Part shown: piece after piece, positions 10,595-20,530 of the stretch | How the letters are laid out: each line of letters begins with the position of its first letter | How positions within the stretch are numbered: the first letter of the stretch is position 1 | Assembly: GCA_963668355.1 (NCBI GenBank) | Contig: OY764265.1 | Coordinates: 768,001-832,000, forward strand | Direction of reading: 5' to 3' | Length of the DNA: 64,000 bases | From: Bdellovibrionota bacterium | GTDB lineage: Bacteria > Bdellovibrionota_G > JALEGL01 > DATDPG01 | Position numbers and translations under genes: made by a program | Notes under the pieces: model-generated | The model's input: the letters and a program-made list of their open reading frames with translations, nothing else | Databases searched by the model: none | What the model was told of the DNA's origin: nothing

Positions 10595-10775
10595 ATTCTT
10601 AGCTCAATTCGGGCGGCATTGTACTCGTTTGAATTCCGAACGAAAGTGCATTTCAGTCGTCCTGCTCTTTCAAGGAATACTTCATTTTTTTACATATTTT
10701 CAACCACTTACTCTCATTTACAGTTTGCCTTGGACAGCCCCGGAGAAACGTGTATTCGAGTCGGGTAGGGTTAGA

Positions 10776-11354
10776 ATGAAGTTCTGGTTATTCCGAAAGA
10801 ACATACGACTCCGTGAAAACAGGGCGCCCGCCCTCCTGCTTTTGCTCATGTGCTTTGTTTTTCTCTTTTATGGATTCACAACAGAGTCCGAGTTATCCGA
10901 GCCGAAGGCCAAGGCCGCCTTTTTGTTCAATCTTGCAAAATTCGTCACGTGGTCCTCTCCCCGTTTTTCAACCGGGGATTCTCCTCTTCGGTTTTCCGTC
11001 ATTGGCAACACCGAAGTCAAAAAAGAACTCACCTCCATCACAAAAAACAAAGTCATCGGCACACACCCCATTGCCATCATGCAGGAAAACAAGCCCGCGA
11101 ATGCCCACATTCTTTTCATCAGCAAGAATTCAAACATCAAAATTTCCAAGCTCATGTACGCCTTAAGAAACCAGGGCGTTCTCGTCGTATCGGATGATCC
11201 TCGATCTTTTCGCGATGGAATTCACGTTCACGTCTTCATCCAAAAACATCGATTGAAGTTTCGCGTAAATCAGCTTGCCTCCAATAACGATGGAGTTCGA
11301 TTGCACGCTAAGCTTCTCTCTTTGGCCGATTTTGTCGTTTACAAGGGAGATTAA
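10776..11354 (+). CDS. YfiR/HmsC family (DUF4154) periplasmic protein
   Basis: [31 protein letters not shown]; coupled to the downstream kinase; start chosen at MKFWLF. Confidence 0.8.
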   Translation: MKFWLFRKNIRLRENRAPALLLLLMCFVFLFYGFTTESELSEPKAKAAFLFNLAKFVTWSSPRFSTGDSPLRFSVIGNTEVKKELTSITKNKVIGTHPIAIMQENKPANAHILFISKNSNIKISKLMYALRNQGVLVVSDDPRSFRDGIHVHVFIQKHRLKFRVNQLASNNDGVRLHAKLLSLADFVVYKGD

Positions 11355-13732
11355 TGAGGCGGATACGAGAAAAGTTTAAACTCGGAATTCAGGGAAAGTC
11401 CATTTCGTATAAAGTTTCCTCCTTAACCCTTGGAACCGCCGCAATCGCTCTTTTGGTTTCCACTCTGATCTTTGTTCTTTTTGACTATCTCTGGGAGAGA
11501 CAACACACGATTCAAAATCTTGAAGTTATTGCAGATTTGATTGGCGAACAAAGTGTGGCCAGTTTGGCATTTCAAGATGAAAAAGCTGCGGAAGAGCTTT
11601 TGGCCACGCTAAAACAGGACAAACAAGCCCTAAGTGTTTCATTGTTTTTGCCCAATGGAGCGCCGTTCGCGAAATATAAAAAAGCGGGGTTCCAAGAAAA
11701 CTTTACGCCCATTCTGTCCAATTCCAAACGAAGACGAAATATTGGAAGCAGTTTGGTTTTGAGTTCTCCGGTCATCTACAAAAATGAACTTGTGGGATTC
11801 GTTCAATTTGTAGGCGATCTATCCTCTCTCCGAACGCGGCTTTTCGTCTATGTGGGCATCTTGATGCTGGCATCTGGACTAGCCATGCTCATCGCTGCAA
11901 TGATCTCCCGTCGCCGGATTCAGAAGGTATTAATGCCCATTCAAAGTTTGGCTTTGGCGGCTCAAAAAATCACTACGGAAAAAGACTTTTCCGCCAGGGC
12001 TCAAAAATTTTCTCAAGACGAACTTGGCATTCTCGTCGATACATTCAACGAAATGGTCCACACCGTTCAAGAACGCGACAAGGCCCTGCAAATCCACCAA
12101 GGAAAATTGGAATCAGAAGTCAAAAATCGAACGGAAGAACTTCGCTTCCAAAAAGACCGTGCGGAAACCGCCGCTCGACTCAAAAGCGAGTTTCTGGCCA
12201 ACATGAGTCACGAAATTCGAACCCCCATGAATGGAATCATTGGCATGACGGAACTTTGTCTGGATACGCCACTGAATGAGGAACAAAGAAGTTATTTGGA
12301 GGAAGTTCAACGTTCGACAAATGCCCTCTTAACCATCATCAATGATGTGTTGGATTTCTCAAAGATCGAAGCTGGACGCATGTCTCTCAATCTAGAGGAG
12401 TTTGATTTGTCCGATTGTGTCGTGCATGCCATGCGCGCGCTCTCAATAAAGAGTGATCAGAAACAATTGGAACTCATTTGTGACCTGGATCCTTCGATTC
12501 CTGAGCGCCTCATTGGAGATTCAGGACACTTACGTCAAGTTCTTCTCAACCTTGTGGGGAATGCGGTCAAATTCACAAACGAAGGAGAAATCATTGTCCG
12601 AATGCGCCTATTGAACGCAGACTCCGGCAGCTTGACGATTCGCTTTGAAATCATCGATACGGGCGTAGGGATTCCAAAAGAAAAACAGAACATCATTTTC
12701 GACTCTTTCTCTCAAGCCGACGGATCGACTACGCGAAGGTTTGGAGGCACCGGCCTTGGCTTGAGCATCTCTGCAAAATTGGTGGAATTGATGGGGGGAA
12801 ACATTCACGTCACGTCCGAATTAAATAAAGGAAGTTGCTTTTCGTTCGATGCCAAGTTCGAGAAATCGCCACAAGCACTCCCATTTTTCAAAAAAGTGGA
12901 CTTTCAAAAACATGGAGAACAAAAAATACTCATTTTAGACGATAACCTGCCCCATCTGACCTTCCTCAAAGATACGTTGAAGGCGTTGGGCTTAAGCGTT
13001 GCTTCGTTTTCCTCTCCCCATGAAGCAATTTCATCGTTAACCCAGGCGGCCCAGCAAAACGAGCCTTTCTCACTTTTGATTTCTGATTGTCACATGCCTG
13101 AGATGAGCGGCTTTGATCTCGTTCAGCAAGTACGTGAGAAAAACATCCACGATCAATTGAAGATTGTGATGTTAACCTCGAATGCACATGGGGGAGACCG
13201 CGCCCTGTGCAAAGAGCTGGGCATTCATTCATGTCTCATCAAGCCCTTTATTCTCGGAGAATTCATCCAGGAGATTGCCTCCGCTCTGGGTGTTCCTTCT
13301 CAACAATCTACGCGAGAGAATCCTAAAAAAACGAGCCCCAAGCGAAATCCTGCAAAAAAATTGCGGATTCTTGTGGCCGAAGACAACCCGGTAAACCAAC
13401 GGGTGGTCAAAACCTTATTGGAGAAAATGGGACACACCGTGACCTTGGCCACAAATGGGAAAAAGGCATTGGAGTTCTTTCAGTCAAGCGTGTTCGATGT
13501 CATTTTGATGGATGTTCAGATGTTTGAAATGGGAGGTTTGGAGGCAACGCAAGCGATTCGGAGACTTGAATTGGAGAGAGAGACACACACACCCATCATC
13601 GCCATGACGGCTCATGCAGGCCCAGAGAATCGAGAGGCTTGCATCTCTTCCGGAATGGATGACTACCTTTCCAAACCCATCGAACCCCAAATTCTTTTTG
13701 AAAGATTGGAAGCCTGGGGCGCGAATAACTGA
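11354..13732 (+). CDS. Hybrid sensor histidine kinase/response regulator (periplasmic sensor, HAMP, HisKA, HATPase, two REC)
   Basis: [32 protein letters not shown], two receiver domains (DCHMP, DVQM). Confidence 0.95.
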   Translation: MRRIREKFKLGIQGKSISYKVSSLTLGTAAIALLVSTLIFVLFDYLWERQHTIQNLEVIADLIGEQSVASLAFQDEKAAEELLATLKQDKQALSVSLFLPNGAPFAKYKKAGFQENFTPILSNSKRRRNIGSSLVLSSPVIYKNELVGFVQFVGDLSSLRTRLFVYVGILMLASGLAMLIAAMISRRRIQKVLMPIQSLALAAQKITTEKDFSARAQKFSQDELGILVDTFNEMVHTVQERDKALQIHQGKLESEVKNRTEELRFQKDRAETAARLKSEFLANMSHEIRTPMNGIIGMTELCLDTPLNEEQRSYLEEVQRSTNALLTIINDVLDFSKIEAGRMSLNLEEFDLSDCVVHAMRALSIKSDQKQLELICDLDPSIPERLIGDSGHLRQVLLNLVGNAVKFTNEGEIIVRMRLLNADSGSLTIRFEIIDTGVGIPKEKQNIIFDSFSQADGSTTRRFGGTGLGLSISAKLVELMGGNIHVTSELNKGSCFSFDAKFEKSPQALPFFKKVDFQKHGEQKILILDDNLPHLTFLKDTLKALGLSVASFSSPHEAISSLTQAAQQNEPFSLLISDCHMPEMSGFDLVQQVREKNIHDQLKIVMLTSNAHGGDRALCKELGIHSCLIKPFILGEFIQEIASALGVPSQQSTRENPKKTSPKRNPAKKLRILVAEDNPVNQRVVKTLLEKMGHTVTLATNGKKALEFFQSSVFDVILMDVQMFEMGGLEATQAIRRLELERETHTPIIAMTAHAGPENREACISSGMDDYLSKPIEPQILFERLEAWGANN

Positions 13733-13926
13733 TCAAGATCAGACTTCCTCAAGGAGGACTTCAAATGCGCCGGAAAGCCCAATAACAAGGGACTTGAGCC
13801 TCGATGTTCCGCTGGACGGAAGGCCTCTTTCTCCTTACAATCCGCGCAGTTTCGCTAATTAAACGTAGTTTGTGAGGAGCTGTGGTGGTTCCTGTGCAAT
13901 CTAACTCGCACAAGGAGAAGAAGATT

Positions 13927-15861
13927 ATGAAAGATGTCTATCCGGTACAGAGCGCCTGGGCCGAAACGGGATTGTGCAACAACGAAAAGTACAAAGAAAT
14001 GTACGAACAGTCCGTGAAGGACCCAGAGGCATTCTGGGGAAAACAAGCCGAACGATTGGATTGGATTAAGAAATGGGATCGCGTCAAAAACACAAGCTAC
14101 GAAGGGGACATTGCCATCAAATGGTTTGAAGGTGGAAAAATCAACGTCGCCGCAAACTGTTTGGATCGCCACCTGGAAAAACGTGGAAACCAGACAGCCA
14201 TCATTTGGGAACCCAATGATCCCTCCCAAGAGGCTAAGCACATCACGTACAAGCAACTCCACGAAGAAACCTGCAAATTTTCCAACGTCATGAAATCCAA
14301 TGGCGTCAAAAAGGGAGATCGCGTCACCATTTATCTCCCCATGATCTGGCAGACCGCTGCTGTGATGTTGGCTTGCACAAGAATTGGTGCCGTGCATTCC
14401 ATCGTCTTCGCTGGATTTTCTTCCGATTCTTTGATCGACCGAATCAACGACTGTGATTCCACGTTTGTGGTTACCGCAGATGAAGGACTTCGCGCGAAAA
14501 AGACCATTCCACTGAAAGCAAGTGTGGACGAGGCTTTGAAAAAGTGTCCTCAGGTCAAAAAGACCTTTGTCGTGAAACACACGGGTGGAAACGTTGAGTG
14601 GAACAATGACCGAGACGTTTGGTACCACGAAGCCATGGAAAAGGCCGATGCGAATTGCCCTCCAGAAGAAATGGATTCGGAAGATCCACTTTTCATCCTC
14701 TACACCTCTGGTTCAACTGCAAAGCCCAAAGGCGTTTTGCACACGACGGGTGGATACCTACTCTATGCAGCTATGACACATGAGTATGTCTTTGACTACC
14801 ACGAAGGGGATGTCTATTGGTGCACCGCCGATGTGGGTTGGGTCACAGGCCACTCTTACATTGTCTACGGACCTCTTGCGAATGGTGCGGTTTCACTGAT
14901 GTTTGAAGGTGTTCCAAACTACCCTACACCGGCTCGGTTCTGGGAAGTTTGTGACAAACACAACGTCAACATCTTCTACACCGCGCCAACGGCCCTTCGT
15001 GCTCTGATGAGAGAGGGAACTGAACACGTAAAGAAAACCTCCAGAAAATCGTTACGCATTTTGGGATCTGTGGGAGAACCCATCAACCCAGAAGCTTGGC
15101 GTTGGTATTACGAGGTCGTGGGTGACGAACGATGTTCCATCGTAGACACCTGGTGGCAAACCGAAACCGGCGGAATTTTGATTACGCCTCTTCCAGGAGC
15201 CACGGACTTAAAACCCGGCTCGGCCACACGTCCATTTTTTGGGGTTCAACCCGTGATCTTAGATCAGGACGGAAAAGAACTTGAAGGAGCTTGTGAAGGC
15301 ATGCTCTGCATCAAAGATTCTTGGCCCGGACAAATGCGCACGGTCTTCAAAGACCATGAGCGATTCAAAATGACCTATTTTTCCCAATTCAAGGGATATT
15401 ACTTCACAGGTGATGGATGTCGCCGGGATGAAGATGGGTACTATTGGATCACCGGCCGAGTCGACGATGTCATCAATGTTTCTGGACACCGCATGGGAAC
15501 TGCGGAGGTCGAAAGCGCCCTCGTCGCACACCCGAAAGTGTCTGAAGCCGCGGTCGTGGGATTCCCACATGATATTAAAGGGCAAGGAATTTATTCCTAT
15601 GTCACGTTGATCGCTGGCGAAACGCCCAATGAGGATCTGCGAAAAGAGTTGGTGACTTGGGTTCGAAAAGAAATCGGCCCCATCGCTGCTCCGGATCATA
15701 TTCAATGGGCTCCGGCTCTTCCAAAAACGAGATCTGGAAAGATCATGAGGCGAATTCTTCGGAAAATCGCTGAAAATCAACCAGACGCGCTGGGGGACAC
15801 GTCCACCTTGGCCGACCCAAGCGTGGTAACCAATTTGGTAGAAGAGCGACTCAATCGCTAG
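13927..15861 (+). CDS. acs: Acetyl-CoA synthetase
   Basis: [40 protein letters not shown] before ATG 13927. Confidence 0.97.
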   Translation: MKDVYPVQSAWAETGLCNNEKYKEMYEQSVKDPEAFWGKQAERLDWIKKWDRVKNTSYEGDIAIKWFEGGKINVAANCLDRHLEKRGNQTAIIWEPNDPSQEAKHITYKQLHEETCKFSNVMKSNGVKKGDRVTIYLPMIWQTAAVMLACTRIGAVHSIVFAGFSSDSLIDRINDCDSTFVVTADEGLRAKKTIPLKASVDEALKKCPQVKKTFVVKHTGGNVEWNNDRDVWYHEAMEKADANCPPEEMDSEDPLFILYTSGSTAKPKGVLHTTGGYLLYAAMTHEYVFDYHEGDVYWCTADVGWVTGHSYIVYGPLANGAVSLMFEGVPNYPTPARFWEVCDKHNVNIFYTAPTALRALMREGTEHVKKTSRKSLRILGSVGEPINPEAWRWYYEVVGDERCSIVDTWWQTETGGILITPLPGATDLKPGSATRPFFGVQPVILDQDGKELEGACEGMLCIKDSWPGQMRTVFKDHERFKMTYFSQFKGYYFTGDGCRRDEDGYYWITGRVDDVINVSGHRMGTAEVESALVAHPKVSEAAVVGFPHDIKGQGIYSYVTLIAGETPNEDLRKELVTWVRKEIGPIAAPDHIQWAPALPKTRSGKIMRRILRKIAENQPDALGDTSTLADPSVVTNLVEERLNR

Positions 15862-15884
15862 GCATTATTCATAATCTACAACCC

Positions 15885-15920
15885 AAGGGGGTTAGGACGA
15901 CACCTAACCCCCTTTTTTTT
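15885..15920 (+). terminator. Rho-independent terminator after acs
   Basis: AAGGGGGTTAGG-6nt-CCTAACCCCCTT followed by a T run. Confidence 0.85.
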
Positions 15921-15934
15921 GAGAGGATTCAGAA

Positions 15935-17089
15935 ATGTTTAGAAAGTTAGGAATTCTTTTTTTCAGTTTTTTGTTTTTTGTCCCCGCATTTGCGGAAGAA
16001 ACTCAGACCCCAACCGACTCCGAAAGCCAATTTAAAGTGATCCCTTATGGGTACTTCAAATTGGACGCAGCCATGGACGACACCATCACCAACAATGAAG
16101 ACTATCCTTGGTGGGTCGTCGCAGGAGATCGAAACAATGCCAAGTTCACCATGCATGCCCGCCAGACCCGTTTCGGTCTGAATTTTTTGGGTTTGAAGGC
16201 CGGAAGTGCGGATGTATTTGGTCAAATCGAAGTTGATCTCACCAACGGCGGATCTGACACCAAGTATCTTTTGGGGGTTCGGCATGCGTATATGAAACTG
16301 AGTTGGAAACACGTCTCTCTTTTGGCAGGACAAACCTGGGATGTTATCAGCCCCTTGAACCCTAGTACTGTGAACTACATTGTACTTTGGAATGCGGGAA
16401 ATATCGGTTTTCGACGTCCCCAAATTCGCCTCACTTGGAACCTGCCCGTTCACGATTGGTCTATAAAAACCTCTGTGGCTGCCCTCCGAAGCGTGGGACA
16501 AGACTTTTCCTCATTGGGAGCTTCGACAGATGACGGAGGCGTAGACTCCGCCATGCCTGTATTCCAGGGGCGAATCGGACTCCATGGAAAATTGGCGGGA
16601 AAACCGACCCAATTTGGCATTTCCGGACATGTGGGAAGAGAAGTCTATGGATCCCTCTTGGACAAACAAACGACATGGTCCTTGAATGCGGACATCGTCA
16701 TCCCGATCACCGATTGGATGAATGTCAAAGGTGAATACTTTTATGGAAAGAACCTGGATGCCTATCAAGGAGGAATCGGCCAAGGCCTTGTTGCTGCAAC
16801 AAACACTGCCGTGAAGGCACAAGGAGGATGGGGACAGATCCATCTCAAATCCCCCTGCCGAAGCTTCGAAGGGAATTTAGGTGTCGGCATTGACAATCCC
16901 AAAGCCAGCAACCTTCAAACAGGTGACCGGGATTTGAACTATGTGGGATTTGCTAACGTTCACTACCTGCTTTCCAAAGAAGTTCGAGTAGCCTTCGAAT
17001 ATTCTTATTGGAAAACCAAATACGTGAATGCCACTTCCTCGGACAATAACCGTTATCAGCTGGCTTTCATTTACAACCTTCCCAAATAG
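15935..17089 (+). CDS. Outer-membrane porin, DcaP-like
   Basis: Signal peptide; PYGYFKLD, ARQTRFG, RHAY, LLAGQTW, RRPQIR; C-terminal beta strand. Confidence 0.75.
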   Translation: MFRKLGILFFSFLFFVPAFAEETQTPTDSESQFKVIPYGYFKLDAAMDDTITNNEDYPWWVVAGDRNNAKFTMHARQTRFGLNFLGLKAGSADVFGQIEVDLTNGGSDTKYLLGVRHAYMKLSWKHVSLLAGQTWDVISPLNPSTVNYIVLWNAGNIGFRRPQIRLTWNLPVHDWSIKTSVAALRSVGQDFSSLGASTDDGGVDSAMPVFQGRIGLHGKLAGKPTQFGISGHVGREVYGSLLDKQTTWSLNADIVIPITDWMNVKGEYFYGKNLDAYQGGIGQGLVAATNTAVKAQGGWGQIHLKSPCRSFEGNLGVGIDNPKASNLQTGDRDLNYVGFANVHYLLSKEVRVAFEYSYWKTKYVNATSSDNNRYQLAFIYNLPK

Positions 17090-17103
17090 GGAAAGACGCA
17101 AAC

Positions 17104-17137
17104 AAAAAAAGGGCGGCTCGAAAGCCGCCCTTTTTTT
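17104..17137. terminator. Bidirectional terminator
   Basis: A7-GGGCGGCT-CGAA-AGCCGCCC-T7 between convergent genes. Confidence 0.9.
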
Positions 17138-17149
17138 GGATCGAATCCA

Positions 17150-18400
17150 TCAATTCAAACTGGGCTGTTTAACGCGTGCAATGATTCCGGAAGCGATCAA
17201 GCACAGAACCCCGCATAACGTAAACGCCATCGGAAAGTTTCCGCCATCTCCCAGATAGCCTCCCAAAATGGGAAAAACAATTCCGCCCACGCCGTAGGCA
17301 AGAAACACCCAGCCATAATTTTGACCGATGAACTTGGCTCCAAACGTTTCAGCCGTAACGGTTGGAAAGAGGGCAAAGTTTCCACCAAAGTTAAAACCAA
17401 TGATCGTCGCGCCCAAATACAAAAGCGCCGGAGTTCCTGCCATCCATTGGAATAAAATGACAAATACCCCCTGAGAAGCCGTCATCAAAATGATGGAACG
17501 TTTTCGACCAAAAGAGTCCGAAATTGCGCCCCACGCGATACGCCCTATCCCATTGGCCAACGAAAAGAACACCGCCATGGCCGTTCCAGCAATCGCTGAA
17601 GAAGCCTCTGGAGACAAACCGCCCATTTGCAAAGCTTCTTTGGGAAAAAGCTTCATCAAACCAATGGTCATCAAGCCCGCGCCGGTGCCCACCAGCATCG
17701 TCACAAAAATCATATAAAACTGAGGCGTTTTCAGCATTTGACCGCTCATGAAATCAACGCCCACAGAACTCGCTTGCCCCTCACTGGGAGCAGGAGGAGC
17801 CCAGCCAGCGGGTTTCCAATCTTCCGGGGGATAGACCATCCAAATGCCTCCCAAAACAACCGTTAGAAAAAACACCACGCCATAAATGGAAAATGTATTT
17901 CCGAGACCTTGGTTGGCGATTAAATGTCCCCAAGAACCGGCCAATTTCACCCATAGCAAGGCACCAAAACCAAAACCGGCTACGGCAAGCCCCGTAATCA
18001 AGCCTTTTTTATCCGGAAACCATCTCATCCCCACAGCGATGGGAACGACATAGGCCAAACCAATTCCCGAACCGCCCAGAACTCCGATGAAAAATACGAT
18101 CGGCCAAAAATCGGTTCCACCGAACAAACCTCCTAGAAGATAACCCAGGCCCAAAACCACACCTCCGGCCATCGCCACTTTCCGAGGGCCCCACTTTGGC
18201 ATCATGCGTCCCGCAAACACCATAACGATGGCAAAAAACGCTAAACCAACCCCGAACACAACTTGAGTCTGAGTTTTGGTCCACCCAGCCTCGATCAACT
18301 TTGGCGTGAAAACCGACCATGCATAAATGGCCCCCAGCGAGAGTTGAATCAAAATTGCACCCAGCACAACCAACCATCGATTGAATACCTTCTCAGCCAT
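17150..18400 (-). CDS. MFS transporter, oxalate/formate antiporter (OFA) family
   Basis: LGAIYAWSVF, WFPDKKGLITGLAVAGFGFG, NGIGRIAWG, NYG; 12 TM. Confidence 0.9.
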   Translation of the reverse strand: MAEKVFNRWLVVLGAILIQLSLGAIYAWSVFTPKLIEAGWTKTQTQVVFGVGLAFFAIVMVFAGRMMPKWGPRKVAMAGGVVLGLGYLLGGLFGGTDFWPIVFFIGVLGGSGIGLAYVVPIAVGMRWFPDKKGLITGLAVAGFGFGALLWVKLAGSWGHLIANQGLGNTFSIYGVVFFLTVVLGGIWMVYPPEDWKPAGWAPPAPSEGQASSVGVDFMSGQMLKTPQFYMIFVTMLVGTGAGLMTIGLMKLFPKEALQMGGLSPEASSAIAGTAMAVFFSLANGIGRIAWGAISDSFGRKRSIILMTASQGVFVILFQWMAGTPALLYLGATIIGFNFGGNFALFPTVTAETFGAKFIGQNYGWVFLAYGVGGIVFPILGGYLGDGGNFPMAFTLCGVLCLIASGIIARVKQPSLN

Positions 18401-18531
18401 CTTCCAAGTCCCCTTTCTTTTGGGTCAAGTCAAAACCACAACAACGTTTCATTCATATCACTGAGAACGGTATTCGTAGAGAGAAGATTCGGTCCAAAAA
18501 CAAACTGATCTAAATCAGGAAATGGTTCGGC

Positions 18532-19938
18532 TTAGCGACGGAAGAATGTATCTACAAACTTCTTCATTTGAGATTCATCCTCTTGGAGTTGAGAGATGAA
18601 CGAAAGAACTTCTTCGACCAAACCACGAATCATGTCACATCGGTATTCAGGAATGGGAGCCAGTTTCTTGGTTTCAATTTCAACCCCTGCGATGCACATG
18701 AAGCAGACGTGTTGTGCCCAGCAATTTTGGCAAGCCAATTTTTGTTTGTTCATCTCCACAAAAACCTGCTGCACCTCTTTAAATTTTTTACCTTCAGACA
18801 ACTTTTCATCAAAAACGCTGCCCATTTCGTACTCATCTCGATCGGTCATCATCTGACAAGGAAACACTTTTCCTTCTGTGGAAACCGTAAATAGCTTTTG
18901 ACCCAGCTTCGTATAACAAAATTGATTTTGAGGCTTCTTCGTTCGCGTCAAAACATGTCTGAGGATTTCATTGATTTGCAAAAGAATGATGGGACGATCC
19001 GTGAGCATCGTCTCCAAAGAAAAGCGAGCCGCTTCCCGATAGAAGGGAATCAATTTTTGGTAGTAATCGTGAATGCCAACTTCATCCCCCGGAGTGGATG
19101 CCACAGGAGAGATTGTGATGGTCCTTACGCCATATTCATCTCGAAAAAACTCCAATAACTGTTTGGGAGTAATGCCTTGAGAGATATGTTTTGAGGTGAA
19201 AGTGCTTTCGATGTTCAGATGAACATCTTCCTTTTGCAACAAGCGCAGGCCCTTAGCTACCTTTTCAAACGTTCCTTTGCCTTGAGCATCTGGACGAAGA
19301 ACATCATTCACAACTTCTGGACCATCCAAAGAAACCGTGACGCTAAAACGTCGTTCACCCAAAAATCGAACATTCTTTTCATTTAACAATGTGCCGTTGG
19401 TGACAATGGAAAAGCGGGGACAGTCAACGCCCTTCTCCTTCGCCTTTTTTTCGGCATAGTCACATACAGGGGGAATCAACGATTCGTGAAGCATGGGCTC
19501 TCCGCCGAAAAAAACGATGGAACCGATGGCTGAATGCTGATCGAAGAATCGGTCAACGGCTGTGAAAGCGGTTGTTTCATCCATGAGCCCAGCTTTGGAA
19601 TTGTAGGTTCCACAATCTGCATAGCAATACACACATCTCAGATTGCAGGCGTTGGCGATATTCAAATACACCGTCGGAGGACGGTCCGGAAAAGAAACTC
19701 CTGACACATCAATTTTTCCCTCAACAATTTTTTGAATTTTTTCCTGCGCCAGAGCAATGCTTTCCTCGTCAATCCCAAGCTCTTCAGAAATGTCTTCATT
19801 CGATTTTCCTTCCTTCGCGAGTTTTAAAACATTCCCGATCGAAGCATTCAACCGAATCGAAGCAAAGGTTTCCGGAACAAAGAGCACCCACTCCTGGTCC
19901 GAAAGAAAGAGATGAAACCGATCAAGCCAGGACTTCAA
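18532..19938 (-). CDS. Radical SAM/SPASM peptide maturase-like protein with putative N-terminal RRE
   Basis: CNLRCVYC, FFGGEP, SLDG, SPASM cysteines (C..G.VFPC..CQNC...C..C...C); TTG start 19938 after GAGGAG. Confidence 0.9.
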   Translation of the reverse strand: MKSWLDRFHLFLSDQEWVLFVPETFASIRLNASIGNVLKLAKEGKSNEDISEELGIDEESIALAQEKIQKIVEGKIDVSGVSFPDRPPTVYLNIANACNLRCVYCYADCGTYNSKAGLMDETTAFTAVDRFFDQHSAIGSIVFFGGEPMLHESLIPPVCDYAEKKAKEKGVDCPRFSIVTNGTLLNEKNVRFLGERRFSVTVSLDGPEVVNDVLRPDAQGKGTFEKVAKGLRLLQKEDVHLNIESTFTSKHISQGITPKQLLEFFRDEYGVRTITISPVASTPGDEVGIHDYYQKLIPFYREAARFSLETMLTDRPIILLQINEILRHVLTRTKKPQNQFCYTKLGQKLFTVSTEGKVFPCQMMTDRDEYEMGSVFDEKLSEGKKFKEVQQVFVEMNKQKLACQNCWAQHVCFMCIAGVEIETKKLAPIPEYRCDMIRGLVEEVLSFISQLQEDESQMKKFVDTFFRR

Positions 19939-19942
19939 AAGA

Positions 19943-20530
19943 CTACTCCTCCTCCGGGTGAAGAACCTCATCCACAGCAGCCAACACCATTCGTTCTGTG
20001 CAGAAAAGCTTCTGTTCAACCTTTCCCGTAGCTCGCACGGTGATATTCGCCATTTCTTGGCCAACAAATTCATACCCGTGCTCTTCCAATATCTTTCGAT
20101 TCTTTTGATAAATCGGGTTCTGACTCATCAAATCGTTCATCGTCGGGCCGAAATAAATCGGACATCGGCAGGTCATCACCAGGTGGGTAACCACATTGTC
20201 ACATATCCCATGGGCGCATTTGGCAATGGTGTTGGCCGAAGCCGGATAGACAATTAACATATCGGCCCAGTCGGCCAAGTTGATGTGCGGAACCGGAAAT
20301 TCTTCCGTTCCATCTTCATGGTTCACAAAAACCCGTCGCCCTGTTAACTGCTCCACTTGGTTCTTCTCAAAAAAGGCTAAAGCCGGCTCAGTAGCTGCAA
20401 CGATCACTTCGTGGGTTCCGATATCGGGGTGGTGTTTTAAATTATGAACCAATCTCGGCGTCACTTCAGCCTGAGTACAACCGCTCACAGCCAATAAAAT
20501 ATGAGGAAACTCTTTCTTTTCTTCACTCAT
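19943..20530 (-). CDS. HFCD-family flavoprotein, EpiD/LanD-like peptidyl-cysteine decarboxylase
   Basis: PHINLA (catalytic His), PASANTIAK, GICDN, PTMNDLM; no CoaB domain and no ACGD clamp; ATG 20530 overlaps the upstream stop. Confidence 0.82.
   Translation of the reverse strand: MSEEKKEFPHILLAVSGCTQAEVTPRLVHNLKHHPDIGTHEVIVAATEPALAFFEKNQVEQLTGRRVFVNHEDGTEEFPVPHINLADWADMLIVYPASANTIAKCAHGICDNVVTHLVMTCRCPIYFGPTMNDLMSQNPIYQKNRKILEEHGYEFVGQEMANITVRATGKVEQKLFCTERMVLAAVDEVLHPEEE

Noticed and set aside
13751..13785. AAGGAGG SD followed by mini-ORF MRRKAQ upstream of acs
   Set aside because: Six codons only, with no attenuator structure identified; could be chance.
13855..14628. 257-aa minus-strand ORF
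   Set aside because: Antisense shadow of acs; the same applies to most short overlapping ORFs in the track.
18393..18452. Minus-strand mini-ORF MKRCCGFDLTQKKGDLEDG as RiPP precursor
   Set aside because: No SD, no leader, no C-terminal Cys, and it overlaps the MFS start.
19943..20530. Calling the flavoprotein coaC/coaBC
   Set aside because: No CoaB domain or ACGD clamp; it is coupled to two radical SAM genes.
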